Shown: piece by piece, positions 39,364 through 50,830 of the stretch
Position numbering within the stretch: position 1 is the stretch's first letter
Layout of the letters: every line of letters begins with the position of its first letter
Assembly (NCBI GenBank): GCA_038867615.1
Contig: JAWBYA010000001.1
Coordinates: 224,001 to 288,000 of the forward strand
Length of the DNA stretch: 64,000 nucleotides
Direction: 5' to 3'
Origin: Sulfolobales archaeon
Lineage (GTDB): Archaea; Thermoproteota; Thermoprotei_A; Sulfolobales; AG1
The notes under the pieces: model-generated
Database searches by the model: none
Told to the model about the DNA's origin: nothing
The model's input: only the letters and a program-made list of their open reading frames with translations
Made by a program: the position numbers and the translations under genes

Positions 39364-40110
39364 TTGGGCTTTTTAAGAGATCTTTTATCTCTTGTGTCGT
39401 TTCTAACGATCTATCCGGTTCCGAGTAAATATAGATCTCTATATGATGCTGCGTCAGCATTCTATCTATCCCCTATGGTTGGCTTTCTAAGAGGTGTTCC
39501 CGGCTTTATCATCCTAACAATAGCGGGATCTCTACCCCAACAATTCCTAGCAGGATTCGCTATTGCTCTCCACATCATTATACAGGGTTTTCTACATATA
39601 GACGGCTTTATAGACTTCAGCGAGGCTCTTCTAGCATCTAGGTTTGGTAGGGATGCAAGGGCTATTATGAAGGATAGGTATAGAGGATCCTATGGGATCG
39701 CCTCTATGGGTCTATATATAGCTTTGCTCTACTCCTCATTATCATCGATAGATCCTAAGCTCCTCCCAGTGGTTTACCTCCTGGGCGAGGTTATCCATGG
39801 TGGATCTATGGTTATCTGCATGGGGCTTGGGAGGGTCGAGCCCTATGAGGGTCTTGGAAGCGTTTTTAAAAGATCCCTTAGCCGTGGTAGGGTAGCGATC
39901 TCCATGGTGGTTCTAATCACACTCTACAGCTTGGTGTCCCTGTTATCACTAGGATCCCTGCCCCTATATCAGTTAGTCCTTGCTATACTAGCACCGGTGT
40001 TTTCAGCTATGATCGCTAACAGGGTTCTCGGGTATGTTAGTGGGGATGTAGCCGGCTTCTCTGGCGAGGCTAGCTATGTGTTTTTCATGATCTCGTGGGT
40101 ATCCATATGA
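39364..40110 (+). CDS. cobS: Adenosylcobinamide-GDP ribazoletransferase
   Basis: FLT..P, HIDGFIDFSEAL, MKD..RGSYG and GYVSGDVAG motifs. Confidence 0.9.
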   Translation: MGFLRDLLSLVSFLTIYPVPSKYRSLYDAASAFYLSPMVGFLRGVPGFIILTIAGSLPQQFLAGFAIALHIIIQGFLHIDGFIDFSEALLASRFGRDARAIMKDRYRGSYGIASMGLYIALLYSSLSSIDPKLLPVVYLLGEVIHGGSMVICMGLGRVEPYEGLGSVFKRSLSRGRVAISMVVLITLYSLVSLLSLGSLPLYQLVLAILAPVFSAMIANRVLGYVSGDVAGFSGEASYVFFMISWVSI

Positions 40111-41111
40111 TCGATTTTCTCCTACCCGCGGGATTGTTTGAGATAGTTGCTCCTATATTATTAGGACTCTTAATGGATCTCCTATACCCGTATCACAGGG
40201 GCTTGCTCCTCAAGGTACACCCGGTTCATACAGCATATACTATGGCTAGGTTTCTCTCCCCACCTGGTTCTAGTAGGGCTAGGGGGGTTGTTACATGGCT
40301 TGTTGTCATGATTGTTCACTGCACCGTCTATGGATCTCTTCTCTATATAGCCCGCATGCTCGGAGAGATCTTCTGGATCCTTGTCTCGGCATATATAGTG
40401 AAGCTCTCAGTATCCGTAAGGCTTTTAGTAGATATCGTGAGGGGCGTGGCGAGATGTCTCGAGGCAGGCGATATAGCATGTGCTAGGGAGAAGACATCGT
40501 GGATCGTTAGGAGGGATACTAGCAGGCTGGGGGAGGGGCATTTAGCATCAGCCTCGATAGAATCGCTCTTTGAGAGCACAGTCGATGGTATAGCATCGCC
40601 CCTGCTATACACAGCCCTCCTAGGACCTATGGGAGGACTTATACAGAGGCTTATAAACACTCTAGACGGGGCTCTTGGATTCAAAACACCCGAGTATATA
40701 AAGGCCGGGTGGCTCTCGGCAAAAGCCGATACTATTATTAACTATATACCAGCCAGGCTCGTGGCAATCATGATCATTATCCTCGCGCCAATAGCTGGGG
40801 GTAGTATTGGGAGAGCCCTAAAGATCTATATAGAGTATAGGAGAAAGACTGAGAGTGTGAATGCCGGGCACCCTATGGCGGCTGCTGCCGGGAGTCTCGG
40901 TATCAGACTAGAGAAGGTGGGGAGCTATGTGCTTGGTGAGGGCCCTTTACCAGGTTATCGAGATATATATAGAGCTTTGGGACTATTTGCAGCTGTCCTG
41001 ATCCTTGTATACATAGTTACACTTGTTATTGCTATCTATGCAAACTATCTCGTATTTCACCAGGGTTTATTCTCTCGCTGGATCCTCGTGTTTTTCATGC
41101 CTGAAAGATAA
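40107..41111 (+). CDS. cbiB: Adenosylcobinamide-phosphate synthase CbiB/CobD
   Basis: HPV, IVRRDT, ESTVDG, INTLDGALG, NYIPARL and SVNAG motifs. Confidence 0.92.
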   Translation: MIDFLLPAGLFEIVAPILLGLLMDLLYPYHRGLLLKVHPVHTAYTMARFLSPPGSSRARGVVTWLVVMIVHCTVYGSLLYIARMLGEIFWILVSAYIVKLSVSVRLLVDIVRGVARCLEAGDIACAREKTSWIVRRDTSRLGEGHLASASIESLFESTVDGIASPLLYTALLGPMGGLIQRLINTLDGALGFKTPEYIKAGWLSAKADTIINYIPARLVAIMIIILAPIAGGSIGRALKIYIEYRRKTESVNAGHPMAAAAGSLGIRLEKVGSYVLGEGPLPGYRDIYRALGLFAAVLILVYIVTLVIAIYANYLVFHQGLFSRWILVFFMPER

Positions 41112-41206
41112 TTATTATATTCTAGGTATGTTTGTCCACGACACAAGTATGGAGAGAACGGGTTGGTGGAGGTAGAGATAACATGTTTATAATGCTATAT
41201 CAACTG

Positions 41207-42544
41207 CTACGATGTCATCTCTATCAGTCTGGCAAGGGTTATGATCCTTCCTTGGTTTATATTGATAGCATTAACTCCTCTTCCTCTCAGCTCTTTTGCC
41301 AAGGCCATGCTGTCCTTGAGCATCTCCATTAACTTGATCTTAGAGCCTAGATCTAGTCTTCTGGCTAGATCTAGGCTTGGGGTTGGGATGACTGTGTAGA
41401 AAGAGCCTCCAGCATTTCTCACAGTCCTTTCTATTCTCTCTATAGCTGTGACGACAGCGCTAGAATCTCTCGAGGGTGCTGTGAAGAGTAGCACTATGTC
41501 TCCTCCTTTTAGATTTCTCATTAGTAGTTTCGTAAGAGGTCTGGGATCTATATCGCTAACCACGGTATCCTGGGAGAAGCTAATTCTAGCCATTCTTGAT
41601 AGAATACTCCTATACCCGCCAAGCCCTCTTGAGGGCCCAACAAGATCTATGGTCTCTCTGGAGTATAGTGCTAGGAACATTGCATCGCCCCTGGATGCTG
41701 AGTACCTCGACATTGTCGCTATAATTCTCGCCGCGTTTTCAAAAGGCGTCTCTCTATAGGGTCCTGTGAACATATCGCCTGCTATGAGGAGTATGTAGAA
41801 TATATTGCCCGACGCCTCTTTCTCTGTCTCTTTAACTATCAATCTGCCCCATCTGGCTGTATGTCTCCACACGATCCTTCTGGGCTCGTCTCCCTCTCTA
41901 TACTCTCTCACGCTGAGGAACTCGGTACCGCTTCCAGAGATTCTTGATCTAGCCATCCCTATAGATCTCGCTAGGAGAAGGCTGGATCTGAGGCTTGAGG
42001 GGATTAATCTTGGTAGCACGAGAAGCTCTACAGGCTCTCCCACATCGATCTCATCGCTTCTAAAGAGACCTAGAGGATCTCTGACAACGATCCTCAGCGG
42101 GCCTATAAGATGCCTCCCGGTCCTAGCCTCAAAGGCTGCTTTATATGTTGCACACCCCCTTGGGGGGATCATGATAAAGGCCCTTCTAGATCCTTTGGAA
42201 AGCCTCAAATGCTCCGGGTATACTAGGAAGATCTCTATAGGGCCTATTGGTATTAACCCACTATTACACAGCCTGTATGTTACCCAGAGTTCGTCTCCCT
42301 CAAAACCCCTGTCAGCAGCACCCCTAACCCCAGACCTGGTGATTTTATTCATAGATATATTGACATACCCCATGAGGACTAGAGAGAGGATTACCAGGAA
42401 AACCCCTGACCACACAAGAACCCGGGAATAGCTCGCAGGAATCCCGATCAGGTTTCCTGGAAAGGATCCGATAGTTATAAATATGGCAGCCACAAGAACC
42501 ACGGAAGCAAGCCTCTCGGTTGATTTCACTATATGCTGCGACAT
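41207..42544 (-). CDS. DUF58-domain membrane protein
   Basis: DPLGLF and EFLSVREYREGDEPRRIVWR.TAR motifs. Confidence 0.9.
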   Translation of the reverse strand: MSQHIVKSTERLASVVLVAAIFITIGSFPGNLIGIPASYSRVLVWSGVFLVILSLVLMGYVNISMNKITRSGVRGAADRGFEGDELWVTYRLCNSGLIPIGPIEIFLVYPEHLRLSKGSRRAFIMIPPRGCATYKAAFEARTGRHLIGPLRIVVRDPLGLFRSDEIDVGEPVELLVLPRLIPSSLRSSLLLARSIGMARSRISGSGTEFLSVREYREGDEPRRIVWRHTARWGRLIVKETEKEASGNIFYILLIAGDMFTGPYRETPFENAARIIATMSRYSASRGDAMFLALYSRETIDLVGPSRGLGGYRSILSRMARISFSQDTVVSDIDPRPLTKLLMRNLKGGDIVLLFTAPSRDSSAVVTAIERIERTVRNAGGSFYTVIPTPSLDLARRLDLGSKIKLMEMLKDSMALAKELRGRGVNAININQGRIITLARLIEMTS

Positions 42545-42799
42545 TGTTCCTCTGATATTGCTAGGTGTCAGGGTATATATTGTAATGCGTCATTGAGAAA
42601 GATCTTAAAAGATCTCGCAAAACGCTCCCCATTCTGAGAACAGAGCATAGCTCCCATGAGGCTAGAGTGGATCGTGAGGGAAGCTATAGGTATATGTACA
42701 AGATTCAGGTTCTAAAGTATTAATAATAAATAAAGATGAGTCTATGTGGGTCACAAGGACTATATTTCTTAGGGCACCTGCCGATAGTCTGCGACACCA

Positions 42800-42860
42800 T
42801 ATGTAGCTCTATGTATTTAAATTGATGTTAATGTCATCAATATTGGTACATATGTATGTA
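42800..42860 (+). promoter_or_regulatory. pst operon promoter with putative operator sites
   Basis: TTTAAA at ~42816 is followed at once by the IR ATTGATG-N7-CATCAAT (42821-42841); TATGTA recurs at 42800, 42810 and 42851. Confidence 0.45.
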
Positions 42861-42898
42861 TATATCTCTCCTTATTGGTACAAACGATTGGTGAAAGG

Positions 42899-44167
42899 AT
42901 GTCGAAGAAAATAATACCGATAGGAGTGCTTATAGCTATAATAGCTATAGGAGCTGTGGCGCTCTTCGTATATAAACCATGGGGAGGAGCGGGAACACAG
43001 GCTATACAACCTACTGAGACGGCAAGGACTACAATAGCAGCAACAGCTACGGCTACCGCGACTACCACGCCCTCGGGAATGGCTGTTTTGACATTCACCT
43101 ATGAAGACCTATCGGTGAAAGCAGAGATCCCCAGGAAAGAGGTTTTGATAACAGGCGGGGGTTCGTCGTTCGTGAACCCACAGATGCAGGCCTGGGCGCA
43201 GAAATTCAGGTCTGTAAGTGGGGGCTATGTTACTATTAACTATCAGAGTATTGGTAGCGGTGCTGGCGAGGCTAAATGGTTTGATAAAGCCCTAGATTTC
43301 GGCGCATCTGACGTTCCCATATCTAAGACAACATATGATAAGCTTGTCTCGCGCAAAGCCTCCTTCATCCAGATACCCTTAGTAGCTGGGGGTGTTGGGA
43401 TAATATACAATATACCTGAGTGGGATGAGAGCAAATGCGGGCCTCTGAGACTCTCTGGAGATGTTATAGCTGATATCTATCTAGGAAAGATCCTCTATTG
43501 GGATGACGATAGGATCAAGATGCAGCAGGTTGAGAGTTGCAGATCACTGTTACCCCACGAAATTATCAGGGGTATTCATAGGAGTGATGGGAGCGGTACA
43601 ACAGCTCTCTTCACACTATACCTGTCAACGGTATCAAGCGAGTGGAAGACAAAGGTAGGTTCTGGCTATACTGTAGAATGGCCGAGGGATGCGATGGGAT
43701 ATGGAGAGGGTGCTAAGGGCAATGAGGGTGTGAGTGCAAAGGTTAAGGGGACTAAATACGCAATAGGGTATGTTGAGTACTCATATGCCGTGGCTAACAA
43801 GATCTCTATGGCTGCTCTTAAGAACAAGGATGGCTTCTATGTAGTACCCTCTGCCGAGGCTGTTATGGAGGCGCTTAAGAGGGGTGCTAAAGATCTGCCA
43901 CCGCCCTCCTCTTTCTGGGGGGATGTTCCTGCTACTCTTATAAATAGGGAGGGTGAGAAGACATACCCCATAGTTGGTATGGTGTATGCGTTCATCTACA
44001 CAGATATAGTTAGCAATAAGGATCTGGCGGCGGCTATTACAGCGTTCTTCAAATGGGTATTAACAGAGGGTCAGAAGTCTGAGAACATAGTTGTGGGCTA
44101 TGTACCGCTTCCAAAGGAGCTTGCAGCTAAGGCTATTAAGTATATAGAGGATTATCTGAAATACTAG
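42899..44167 (+). CDS. pstS: Phosphate ABC transporter substrate-binding protein
   Basis: GGGSSF, YQSIGSGAG, DFGASD and RSDGSGTT motifs; Thr/Ala linker after the TM helix. Confidence 0.96.
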   Translation: MSKKIIPIGVLIAIIAIGAVALFVYKPWGGAGTQAIQPTETARTTIAATATATATTTPSGMAVLTFTYEDLSVKAEIPRKEVLITGGGSSFVNPQMQAWAQKFRSVSGGYVTINYQSIGSGAGEAKWFDKALDFGASDVPISKTTYDKLVSRKASFIQIPLVAGGVGIIYNIPEWDESKCGPLRLSGDVIADIYLGKILYWDDDRIKMQQVESCRSLLPHEIIRGIHRSDGSGTTALFTLYLSTVSSEWKTKVGSGYTVEWPRDAMGYGEGAKGNEGVSAKVKGTKYAIGYVEYSYAVANKISMAALKNKDGFYVVPSAEAVMEALKRGAKDLPPPSSFWGDVPATLINREGEKTYPIVGMVYAFIYTDIVSNKDLAAAITAFFKWVLTEGQKSENIVVGYVPLPKELAAKAIKYIEDYLKY

Positions 44168-44180
44168 TTAGGAGTGGCGG

Positions 44181-45104
44181 GTGGGGGCTCTGAGGCTTTT
44201 TGAGAAGAGCCTTTTTAGGAAGAATAGAGAGTATTTTTTCCTGCTTTTAGCGTTAGCCAACATAGCTATAGTATTTATAGTTATAACGATAAATCTCGTA
44301 CTAGCCGGGCAGGGGGTTAGGATCTTCGTAAAAGAAGGGCTATCATTTATAACAACAAGTACGTGGAGTGGTGTTAAAGAGAGCTATGGTATTCTCTTCG
44401 CACTCGGCGGTACCCTGGTTACTGGCGGGATAGCGATAGCGATAGCGGCTTTACTAGCCATAGGGTCTGCTGTTACCATAATAGAGATCTTGCCAAGCTG
44501 GGCTAGGGCTTTTGCAAGCACACTAACAGATCTCTCGGCAGCCATACCGACGGTGATATACGGGTTGTGGGGGTTATTCGTATTGTCGCCTGCGATAGGT
44601 GGTCTTATCTCCACACCTCCTCTCTCGCTGCTCACACCATATCTAGGCTTTCCTGGCTCTCTTGGGACCTCTCTTCTCTCTGCATCGATACTCCTCTCTA
44701 TAATGATAGTCCCGTTCTCTACAGCTATAATAAGGGAGTCTCTAGCCAGGGTGCCTAGATATATTGATGAGGCTCTATACTCTCTCGGGCTCACGAAGTT
44801 CGAGGTTATTATGATCAAGCTTAGATATATTAGGACATCTATACTGACAGCACTAATGATCTCTTACGGTAGGGCTGTTGGTGAGACTGTTGCTGTTGCA
44901 ATGGTTGTTGGTAATGTTCTTAACCCCGATTTCTGGAGGATCTTCAGCCCTGGCTACACTATAGCGAGCCTCATAGCTGATCAGTACCAAAATGCCGAGG
45001 CGTATACATATATGGTTCCAGCCATATTTGGGATGGCATTGATCCTTTTCCTAATAGGGCTCGGGATCAATATATATGTATCTATAATCTCGAGGAGGGG
45101 TTAG
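44181..45104 (+). CDS. pstC: Phosphate ABC permease
   Basis: AIPTVIYGLWG and GRAVGETVAV motifs. Confidence 0.94.
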   Translation: MGALRLFEKSLFRKNREYFFLLLALANIAIVFIVITINLVLAGQGVRIFVKEGLSFITTSTWSGVKESYGILFALGGTLVTGGIAIAIAALLAIGSAVTIIEILPSWARAFASTLTDLSAAIPTVIYGLWGLFVLSPAIGGLISTPPLSLLTPYLGFPGSLGTSLLSASILLSIMIVPFSTAIIRESLARVPRYIDEALYSLGLTKFEVIMIKLRYIRTSILTALMISYGRAVGETVAVAMVVGNVLNPDFWRIFSPGYTIASLIADQYQNAEAYTYMVPAIFGMALILFLIGLGINIYVSIISRRG

Positions 45105-45105
45105 G

Positions 45106-45987
45106 ATGGATACCAGGAGGCTTAGATCTAGTTTAGGGTTGTTGGTCTTCGCATTACTATTCGCCATATCCATACTCCCGGTTTTTCACCTAATAGCTGT
45201 CGTGTTTATAAACGGCTCTAGCGTTATAGCAAGCAACTTCCCAGGCTTCTTCTACGAGGAGAGACCCCTCCCAGGCACGGAGGAGGTGGGTGGTGTTGGG
45301 CCATATATACTGGGTACACTGATCCTAGTATCTTTGGCAACGGTTATAGCAACCCCTATAGCGATCTTCGCAGCTATATATGCGACCCAGAGTTTGAGGA
45401 GCAAGCTAGGGTTTGCCACATCAACGCTTACAAGGGCTATGATAGAGTTCCCCACAATCATTGTCGGGCTGAGTGTATATGGATTCCTAAGGATCCTGGA
45501 TGAGGTTTTGGGCATGCTCGGTCTCCAGAACCCTATACCTAGGTTCAGCGCCCTCTCGGGGGCAATAGCCCTGGCTATAGTCATGATCCCATTTATATAC
45601 ACACAGATCGAGGATGGGCTTCGAAGCGTGCCAAACGATCTGAGGGAGGCTATTTATTCTCTGGGATCCTCTAGGATCAAGGCTTCAATAATAATGATGA
45701 GATATATCAAGGCGACAGTGATTACGGCACTCGCTATAGGGGTTGGCAAGGCTTTGGGCGAGACTGCTCCCCTCTTCTTCACAGCCTTTGGCAGCGACCT
45801 CTACCCACCGATCGATTCTGGAATGCTCTTTAGACCAATAGGATCACTTACCCTTGGTATATATAACATGGCTCTCTCAGGGTATGATAACTGGATCAGA
45901 GCCTCATGGGGTGCGGCTCTCATACTGCTCTCCATATCGATAACTCTTTTCATAGTTTCAAGGATACTCTCTCTCAGGAGGTGGTAA
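45106..45987 (+). CDS. pstA: Phosphate ABC permease
   Basis: PTIIVGL and GETAPL motifs. Confidence 0.94.
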   Translation: MDTRRLRSSLGLLVFALLFAISILPVFHLIAVVFINGSSVIASNFPGFFYEERPLPGTEEVGGVGPYILGTLILVSLATVIATPIAIFAAIYATQSLRSKLGFATSTLTRAMIEFPTIIVGLSVYGFLRILDEVLGMLGLQNPIPRFSALSGAIALAIVMIPFIYTQIEDGLRSVPNDLREAIYSLGSSRIKASIIMMRYIKATVITALAIGVGKALGETAPLFFTAFGSDLYPPIDSGMLFRPIGSLTLGIYNMALSGYDNWIRASWGAALILLSISITLFIVSRILSLRRW

Positions 45988-45991
45988 GGCG

Positions 45992-46765
45992 TTGGGGACA
46001 TCTGGAGCCTCTATAGAGATCAAAGACCTCAGGGTCTGGTTTGGGGCTAGAGAGGTTATTAAGGGAGTAAGCCTTTCGATCCCGCGTAATGTTGTCTTCA
46101 CCATAATGGGTCCCTCGGGTAGCGGTAAGTCTACCATTCTTAGGGCTATTAACAGACTGCTAGACCTATACCCTGAGGCGAGGGTTGAGGGTAGAGTTAT
46201 CATAGATGGTGTCGATGTATATGGAGATACCGCTAATCCGATGGCTATTAGGAGGATGGTGGGTATGGTGTTCCAGATCCCTAACCCCATACCAAGTATG
46301 TCTATCTATGACAACGTAGCCCTGGGTCCGAGGCTCAATAGGCTTGTTAGGAGCAAGAATGAGCTTGATGAGCTTGTTAGATGGGCTCTTGAGAAGGCCT
46401 ATCTATGGGATGAGGTTAAGGATAGGCTTGGAGCACCTGCTGGTAAGCTCTCTGGGGGTCAGCAGCAGAGGCTATGTATAGCTAGGGCTCTGGCTATGAG
46501 GCCTAAGGCTATCCTGATGGATGAGCCTACCTCGAACCTAGATCCCGTGGGTACCGCTAGGATTGAAAGCCTTATAACCGAGCTTAAAGAAATCCTGACG
46601 GTGGTCTTGGTAACCCATAATACTTTCCAAGCCTCCAGGGTTTCTGACTATGTTGCCTTCATATATGATGGTAGGCTTATCGAGGTCGGCCCGGCATCAA
46701 AGATCTTTACAAGACCTGAGAACGAGCTTACAGAGAAATACATAACGGGGAGGATGGCGGCTTGA
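45992..46765 (+). CDS. pstB: Phosphate ABC ATPase
   Basis: [24 protein letters not shown] and TEKYITG motifs. Confidence 0.96.
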   Translation: MGTSGASIEIKDLRVWFGAREVIKGVSLSIPRNVVFTIMGPSGSGKSTILRAINRLLDLYPEARVEGRVIIDGVDVYGDTANPMAIRRMVGMVFQIPNPIPSMSIYDNVALGPRLNRLVRSKNELDELVRWALEKAYLWDEVKDRLGAPAGKLSGGQQQRLCIARALAMRPKAILMDEPTSNLDPVGTARIESLITELKEILTVVLVTHNTFQASRVSDYVAFIYDGRLIEVGPASKIFTRPENELTEKYITGRMAA

Positions 46766-47355
46766 GGCCCATAGATTATCGTGTAAAGGGTTTGGAGAAC
46801 ATGCTTAAAGAGATCTCGAGGATCTCTGAGGAGATCGTTGAGAACGTTGTAAGCTTAAAAGCAACCCCCGATTCTATTAGGAAACATATTGACGATGTTA
46901 GGGAGATGAGGCTTGAGATACATAGAAATATAGTTGAGATCATGGCTAGGTACCAGCCCACAGCATCAGATCTCAGGGGGCTTATAGCAGCTTTGGAGAT
47001 ATCCTACGGACTCTATAGGTTCTCTAGATACGCCCTCGACATATCGACGGTGCTCGATAGGGTTACCAGGATAAGTGGTGCTAGCTGTGATCTGAGATAC
47101 TCTAGTGTTATCTCTAAACGGGTTGTCGAGATGGTTAGGGGGAGTATAGAGGCTTTCCTTAACAGGGATAAGGGTAGGGCTAGGGCTATTATCGAGATGG
47201 ATAGAGAGGTTGACCAGACCCTCTTCACGGCTCTTGACGAGGCTTCTAGATCGGCTAATATTTGCTCAACCCTAGACCTCCTCATACTAATGTATCTAGA
47301 GAGGATAGCGGATCACTCGGTATACATAGCCAATGAGATAATAGAGATGCTGTAG
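46762..47355 (+). CDS. phoU: Phosphate uptake regulator
   Basis: YQPTASDLR and YLERIADH motifs. Confidence 0.92.
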   Translation: MRPIDYRVKGLENMLKEISRISEEIVENVVSLKATPDSIRKHIDDVREMRLEIHRNIVEIMARYQPTASDLRGLIAALEISYGLYRFSRYALDISTVLDRVTRISGASCDLRYSSVISKRVVEMVRGSIEAFLNRDKGRARAIIEMDREVDQTLFTALDEASRSANICSTLDLLILMYLERIADHSVYIANEIIEML

Positions 47356-47381
47356 AGGTATATACCCCTCATGCAATATCT

Positions 47382-48293
47382 ATGATGATCCCGATGCCAG
47401 GTCTAGCCGAGCAGGAGTTCGAGAAATACAGAGAGGCGGGGAGGATAGCGAAGAGTGTTAAGGAGGAGGCTCAGAAGCTTGTCTCCAGCGGGAGATCTGT
47501 TCTTGAGACCGCGGTCAAGATCGAGGAGATCATAAGATCCCTGGGAGGAGAGCCAGCATTCCCAGTCAACATATCAATAGGCTCTGTCGCAGCCCACTAC
47601 ACGCCAACATATAGCGATAAGAGCCTATTCCCTGAGAAGGGGCTTGTAAAGATAGATTTTGGTGTTCATGTCGATGGCTATATCGTTGACACAGCATTCA
47701 CAATAGATCTTGGCGGTGATTATAGAGTTATAATGGATGCCGCGAAGGAGGCCCTCGAAAAAGCCCTATCTAGGGTTTCGCCAGGTGTTTCTTTTAGAGA
47801 TGTGGGGAGGATTGTTGAAGAGACTGCTAAGAGATATTCCCTGAAACCTGTGAGGAACCTGAGTGGGCATAGAATAGATAGGTATAAGATCCATGCTGGC
47901 GAGTCTATACCAAACTACCAAGAAGCACTGATACCGTGGAGATTCAGAGAAGGAGGGGTATATGCTATAGAGCCTTTCATAACAAGCGGTGCCGGCTTGG
48001 TATCAGAAGGTAGGCTTATAACCATATATTCTGTTAAGAAAACAAAGGTTAAATCCTCGGAGGAGGAGGCACGGGTTCTGAGAGAGGCTATAGCTAGGTT
48101 CAAAGGGCTTCCTTTTTGCAGCAGGTGGTTGGCAGACCTGGGTGGCGATATCGATGCAGTGCTCGAGAGCCTAAGATCTAAGGGTGCTCTCCACCCATAC
48201 CCAGTCCTAGTAGAGGTTTCCGGAGCTCAGGTGGCCCAGTTTGAGGAAACAATAGCTATATATGAGGGGTCTGTATATATATTGACGCGCTAG
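47382..48293 (+). CDS. map: Methionine aminopeptidase type II
   Basis: AFPVNIS, AAHYT, DFGVHVDGY, NLSGH and AIEPF motifs. Confidence 0.96.
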   Translation: MMIPMPGLAEQEFEKYREAGRIAKSVKEEAQKLVSSGRSVLETAVKIEEIIRSLGGEPAFPVNISIGSVAAHYTPTYSDKSLFPEKGLVKIDFGVHVDGYIVDTAFTIDLGGDYRVIMDAAKEALEKALSRVSPGVSFRDVGRIVEETAKRYSLKPVRNLSGHRIDRYKIHAGESIPNYQEALIPWRFREGGVYAIEPFITSGAGLVSEGRLITIYSVKKTKVKSSEEEARVLREAIARFKGLPFCSRWLADLGGDIDAVLESLRSKGALHPYPVLVEVSGAQVAQFEETIAIYEGSVYILTR

Positions 48294-48400
48294 TTGTTCC
48301 CGAAAACAGCGATCCCACAGATCCACAGGCTAAGCTAACTCTGTAACGATGATTTAAGTATCTCCTTGCGTTCTCATATATGGTGCGTATAGTGTATAAT

Positions 48401-49510
48401 ATGCAGGTCTCGAACCCCTCTGGTGTTGATAGTACGGTGCTTCTATTCTGGATCATAATAAATATTCTCTGGTTTCTATTGCTGTTCACAGATCTCCCCG
48501 ATAAGATCAGGATCTATAGGTGGGATAGAGTCATAAGGTTCAGGCTATCCCAGATAGAGGGGCTAGCCCTAGAGACTAGGAAGGCCTCTGAGGATCATCT
48601 AAAAGAGCTCGGGATCAAGGAGCCGGGATCGGTAATAGATGGTTTTGTAAACAACAATTTCTTGATAGAGCCTGTCTCTATAGAGCCCATCGATATTGTG
48701 AAGAGGCTGGGTCATCTTATAAGGGTGAGGGATGATAAGATAAAGAGCTACGCATCATCAATACTGCCCAATGCTGATCAGGCTAAAAGGGAGAACTTAG
48801 AGGTTATCCTAGAGATAAACTGGGTCCTCAGCTATGTTCACAGAGTTGTGAGGCACTTCTATCTATTGGGTAAGAAGACCCAGAACTGGATGCTCCTCTA
48901 CCAGCTAGTCCTGATCCTCCCAGCCCTTATCAAAGAGCTCGAGGCCTATAAAAAAGCAGTCGAGCCCTTTAGGCTGGGGATACCTATAGGGGATTCCGCC
49001 GGGCCTCTCGTGGTCTCGATGATGGCCCCCAATGCTGAGAGGATCAAGATTACGGATGAGACTGTATATAGTACCGTTGATCTTGAGGGGAGAAAGGTAT
49101 ATCTCATCAAGGCAGAAGGTCCCGGGGGGACTGTTGGGAGACCTGGCGAGGCTGTTGCTAAGCTTGCTGAGCAGCTCGAGTGCAGGATCTCGAGGATCAT
49201 AACAGTCGATGCCGCTCTAAAGCTGGAGGGGGAGAAGAGTGGCGAGGTTGCTGAGGGTACCGGGGCTGCTATAGGGGATCCAGGGCCTGAGAAGATATCT
49301 ATTGAGAGAACTGCTATCAAATGCGGCGCTCCCCTAGACGCTGTGATTATCAAGATGAGTTCTGAGGAGGCTATAACCCACATGACCAAGGAGATCTATG
49401 AGGGTGTTTCTAAAGCTGTCGAGGTTGTGAAGAGAATTATTAGGGAGAGGACTAAGGAAGGGGATCAGGTTATAGTTGCGGGTATTGGGAATACTCTGGG
49501 TGTTCTTTGA
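48401..49510 (+). CDS. DUF1512-family protein
   Basis: PIGDSAGPLV, KAEGPGG.VG, ITVDAALKLEGE and GIGNT motifs; crenarchaeal neighbour of map. Confidence 0.85.
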   Translation: MQVSNPSGVDSTVLLFWIIINILWFLLLFTDLPDKIRIYRWDRVIRFRLSQIEGLALETRKASEDHLKELGIKEPGSVIDGFVNNNFLIEPVSIEPIDIVKRLGHLIRVRDDKIKSYASSILPNADQAKRENLEVILEINWVLSYVHRVVRHFYLLGKKTQNWMLLYQLVLILPALIKELEAYKKAVEPFRLGIPIGDSAGPLVVSMMAPNAERIKITDETVYSTVDLEGRKVYLIKAEGPGGTVGRPGEAVAKLAEQLECRISRIITVDAALKLEGEKSGEVAEGTGAAIGDPGPEKISIERTAIKCGAPLDAVIIKMSSEEAITHMTKEIYEGVSKAVEVVKRIIRERTKEGDQVIVAGIGNTLGVL

Positions 49511-49521
49511 TTAAAAAACAG

Positions 49522-49812
49522 TTATCTCTTTATCTTTACAACTATCTCTATAGTTGATACTCTGGATCTCCTTCCCTCTTTGCTTTGAACTTCCTCGCTA
49601 CCGATGTTTATCCTCTCGACAACTATGCCGTTCTTGAGAAATCTATTCCTAACGATCTCTACTGCATCTACAGCCCTGCTAATCGATCTACCCCTAGCTT
49701 TGACAACGATCTCATCTACACCCTGGCTGGCTAGCTGTAGTATTGCTAGCACATAGCTCATCACTGGTTTTTTACCTACTAGCACGGTGTTTATTGGTTG
49801 TGGCTGGACCAT
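49522..49812 (-). CDS. albA: Chromatin protein Alba
   Basis: [24 protein letters not shown] and VSTIEI motifs. Confidence 0.96.
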   Translation of the reverse strand: MVQPQPINTVLVGKKPVMSYVLAILQLASQGVDEIVVKARGRSISRAVDAVEIVRNRFLKNGIVVERINIGSEEVQSKEGRRSRVSTIEIVVKIKR

Positions 49813-49881
49813 CTGTATCACCCAGGATCCTGTCATATGAAGATAAGCTATTAGGTTTTATAAGCTTTCCGTAGATCCCTA

Positions 49882-50070
49882 CTATTTCTTAATAAACTCT
49901 GTATAGTGGCATTTACCGCAGTACCACCTAGCCCCGCCTGGTTCGTAATAACCCATAGTCGAGCCGCATCTCGGGCACTGTTTGTTCTTGAGCTTTATGC
50001 TCCTAGTCTTGGTGTCTATTATATATAGCGATGATCTGAATCTCTTTTCACCGCCTTTCTCCTTGCTCAC
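49882..50070 (-). CDS. rps27ae: 30S ribosomal protein eS31 (S27ae)
   Basis: Zinc ribbon CPRCG...CGKCHYT; downstream of eS24. Confidence 0.93.
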   Translation of the reverse strand: MSKEKGGEKRFRSSLYIIDTKTRSIKLKNKQCPRCGSTMGYYEPGGARWYCGKCHYTEFIKK

Positions 50071-50414
50071 TGCCCACCACCCTCCTTCTTAGAGGATCTC
50101 TCTATGAGGTGTTTAGGCTCGAATTTCTCGAGAACGGCTCTATCGTTATATATATGGACCCATGCTTTGGAGGAGTCCCTACCATACTCGGTCTCTATCC
50201 TTCTAACAACCACAAGATCTGGGCTGACTCCCAGGAGCTTTGAGACGGCATCGATGACCTCAAGCCTTGATGGTGTTCCTTTACCTCTATGCTCGATCCT
50301 TATAACAGCCTCTCTCCTCTGGATCACTTTATTCTCCTTCTGGGAAACAACTAGAAAGATCACACCGCTATCCAGCTTAAGAACAGGACCCTGGGCAGAG
50401 CCTCCACCCGCCAT
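50067..50414 (-). CDS. rps24e: 30S ribosomal protein eS24
   Basis: N.VIQRRE, GTPSR, IETEYG and FEPKHLI motifs. Confidence 0.94.
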   Translation of the reverse strand: MAGGGSAQGPVLKLDSGVIFLVVSQKENKVIQRREAVIRIEHRGKGTPSRLEVIDAVSKLLGVSPDLVVVRRIETEYGRDSSKAWVHIYNDRAVLEKFEPKHLIERSSKKEGGGQ

Positions 50415-50564
50415 TGATTCCGCCTCTTAGATAGTATGATTGAGAGCTTATTAGCAGGTGTTCGAGCTTTCATCGATTAATAAATACCAAAACCTTTCCC
50501 CTCAGCTTTCTCGATCCAGAGCTCTCCCACAGAATCCTTACCATTAGCCTTAACCTATTCAGCC

Positions 50565-50830
50565 GTTTGTCCCTGGATGTTCATTCCACTCATTTTATTC
50601 ATGGTCTTATCCAGGGGTTTTCGTCTCAACCCTCAGGATCTCGGATCTCTAATCCTGCTGGGTCATGGGTGGCTGTCGAGCCAAAGGGCATGTGGATCCC
50701 ATCTAGGATAAGCTCCGGATGGATTGGAGCGCTGCTCCCGTCTAGGGCTTGTGGGGAAAGATCCACACTGGGGGCAATACATTTCAATGATTATAAATAC
50801 CTCCTACGAATACCAAAAGGAAAAGCCCAG
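50565..50830 (-). repeat. Family A leader-like element, repeat-less copy A4
   Basis: Shares gtcgagccaa, cccatctagg, GGAGC-N3-GCTCC (50726-50738), TATA (50791-50798) and aaagcccag with A1-A3; near-identical inverted copy at 58820-59161. Confidence 0.88.
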
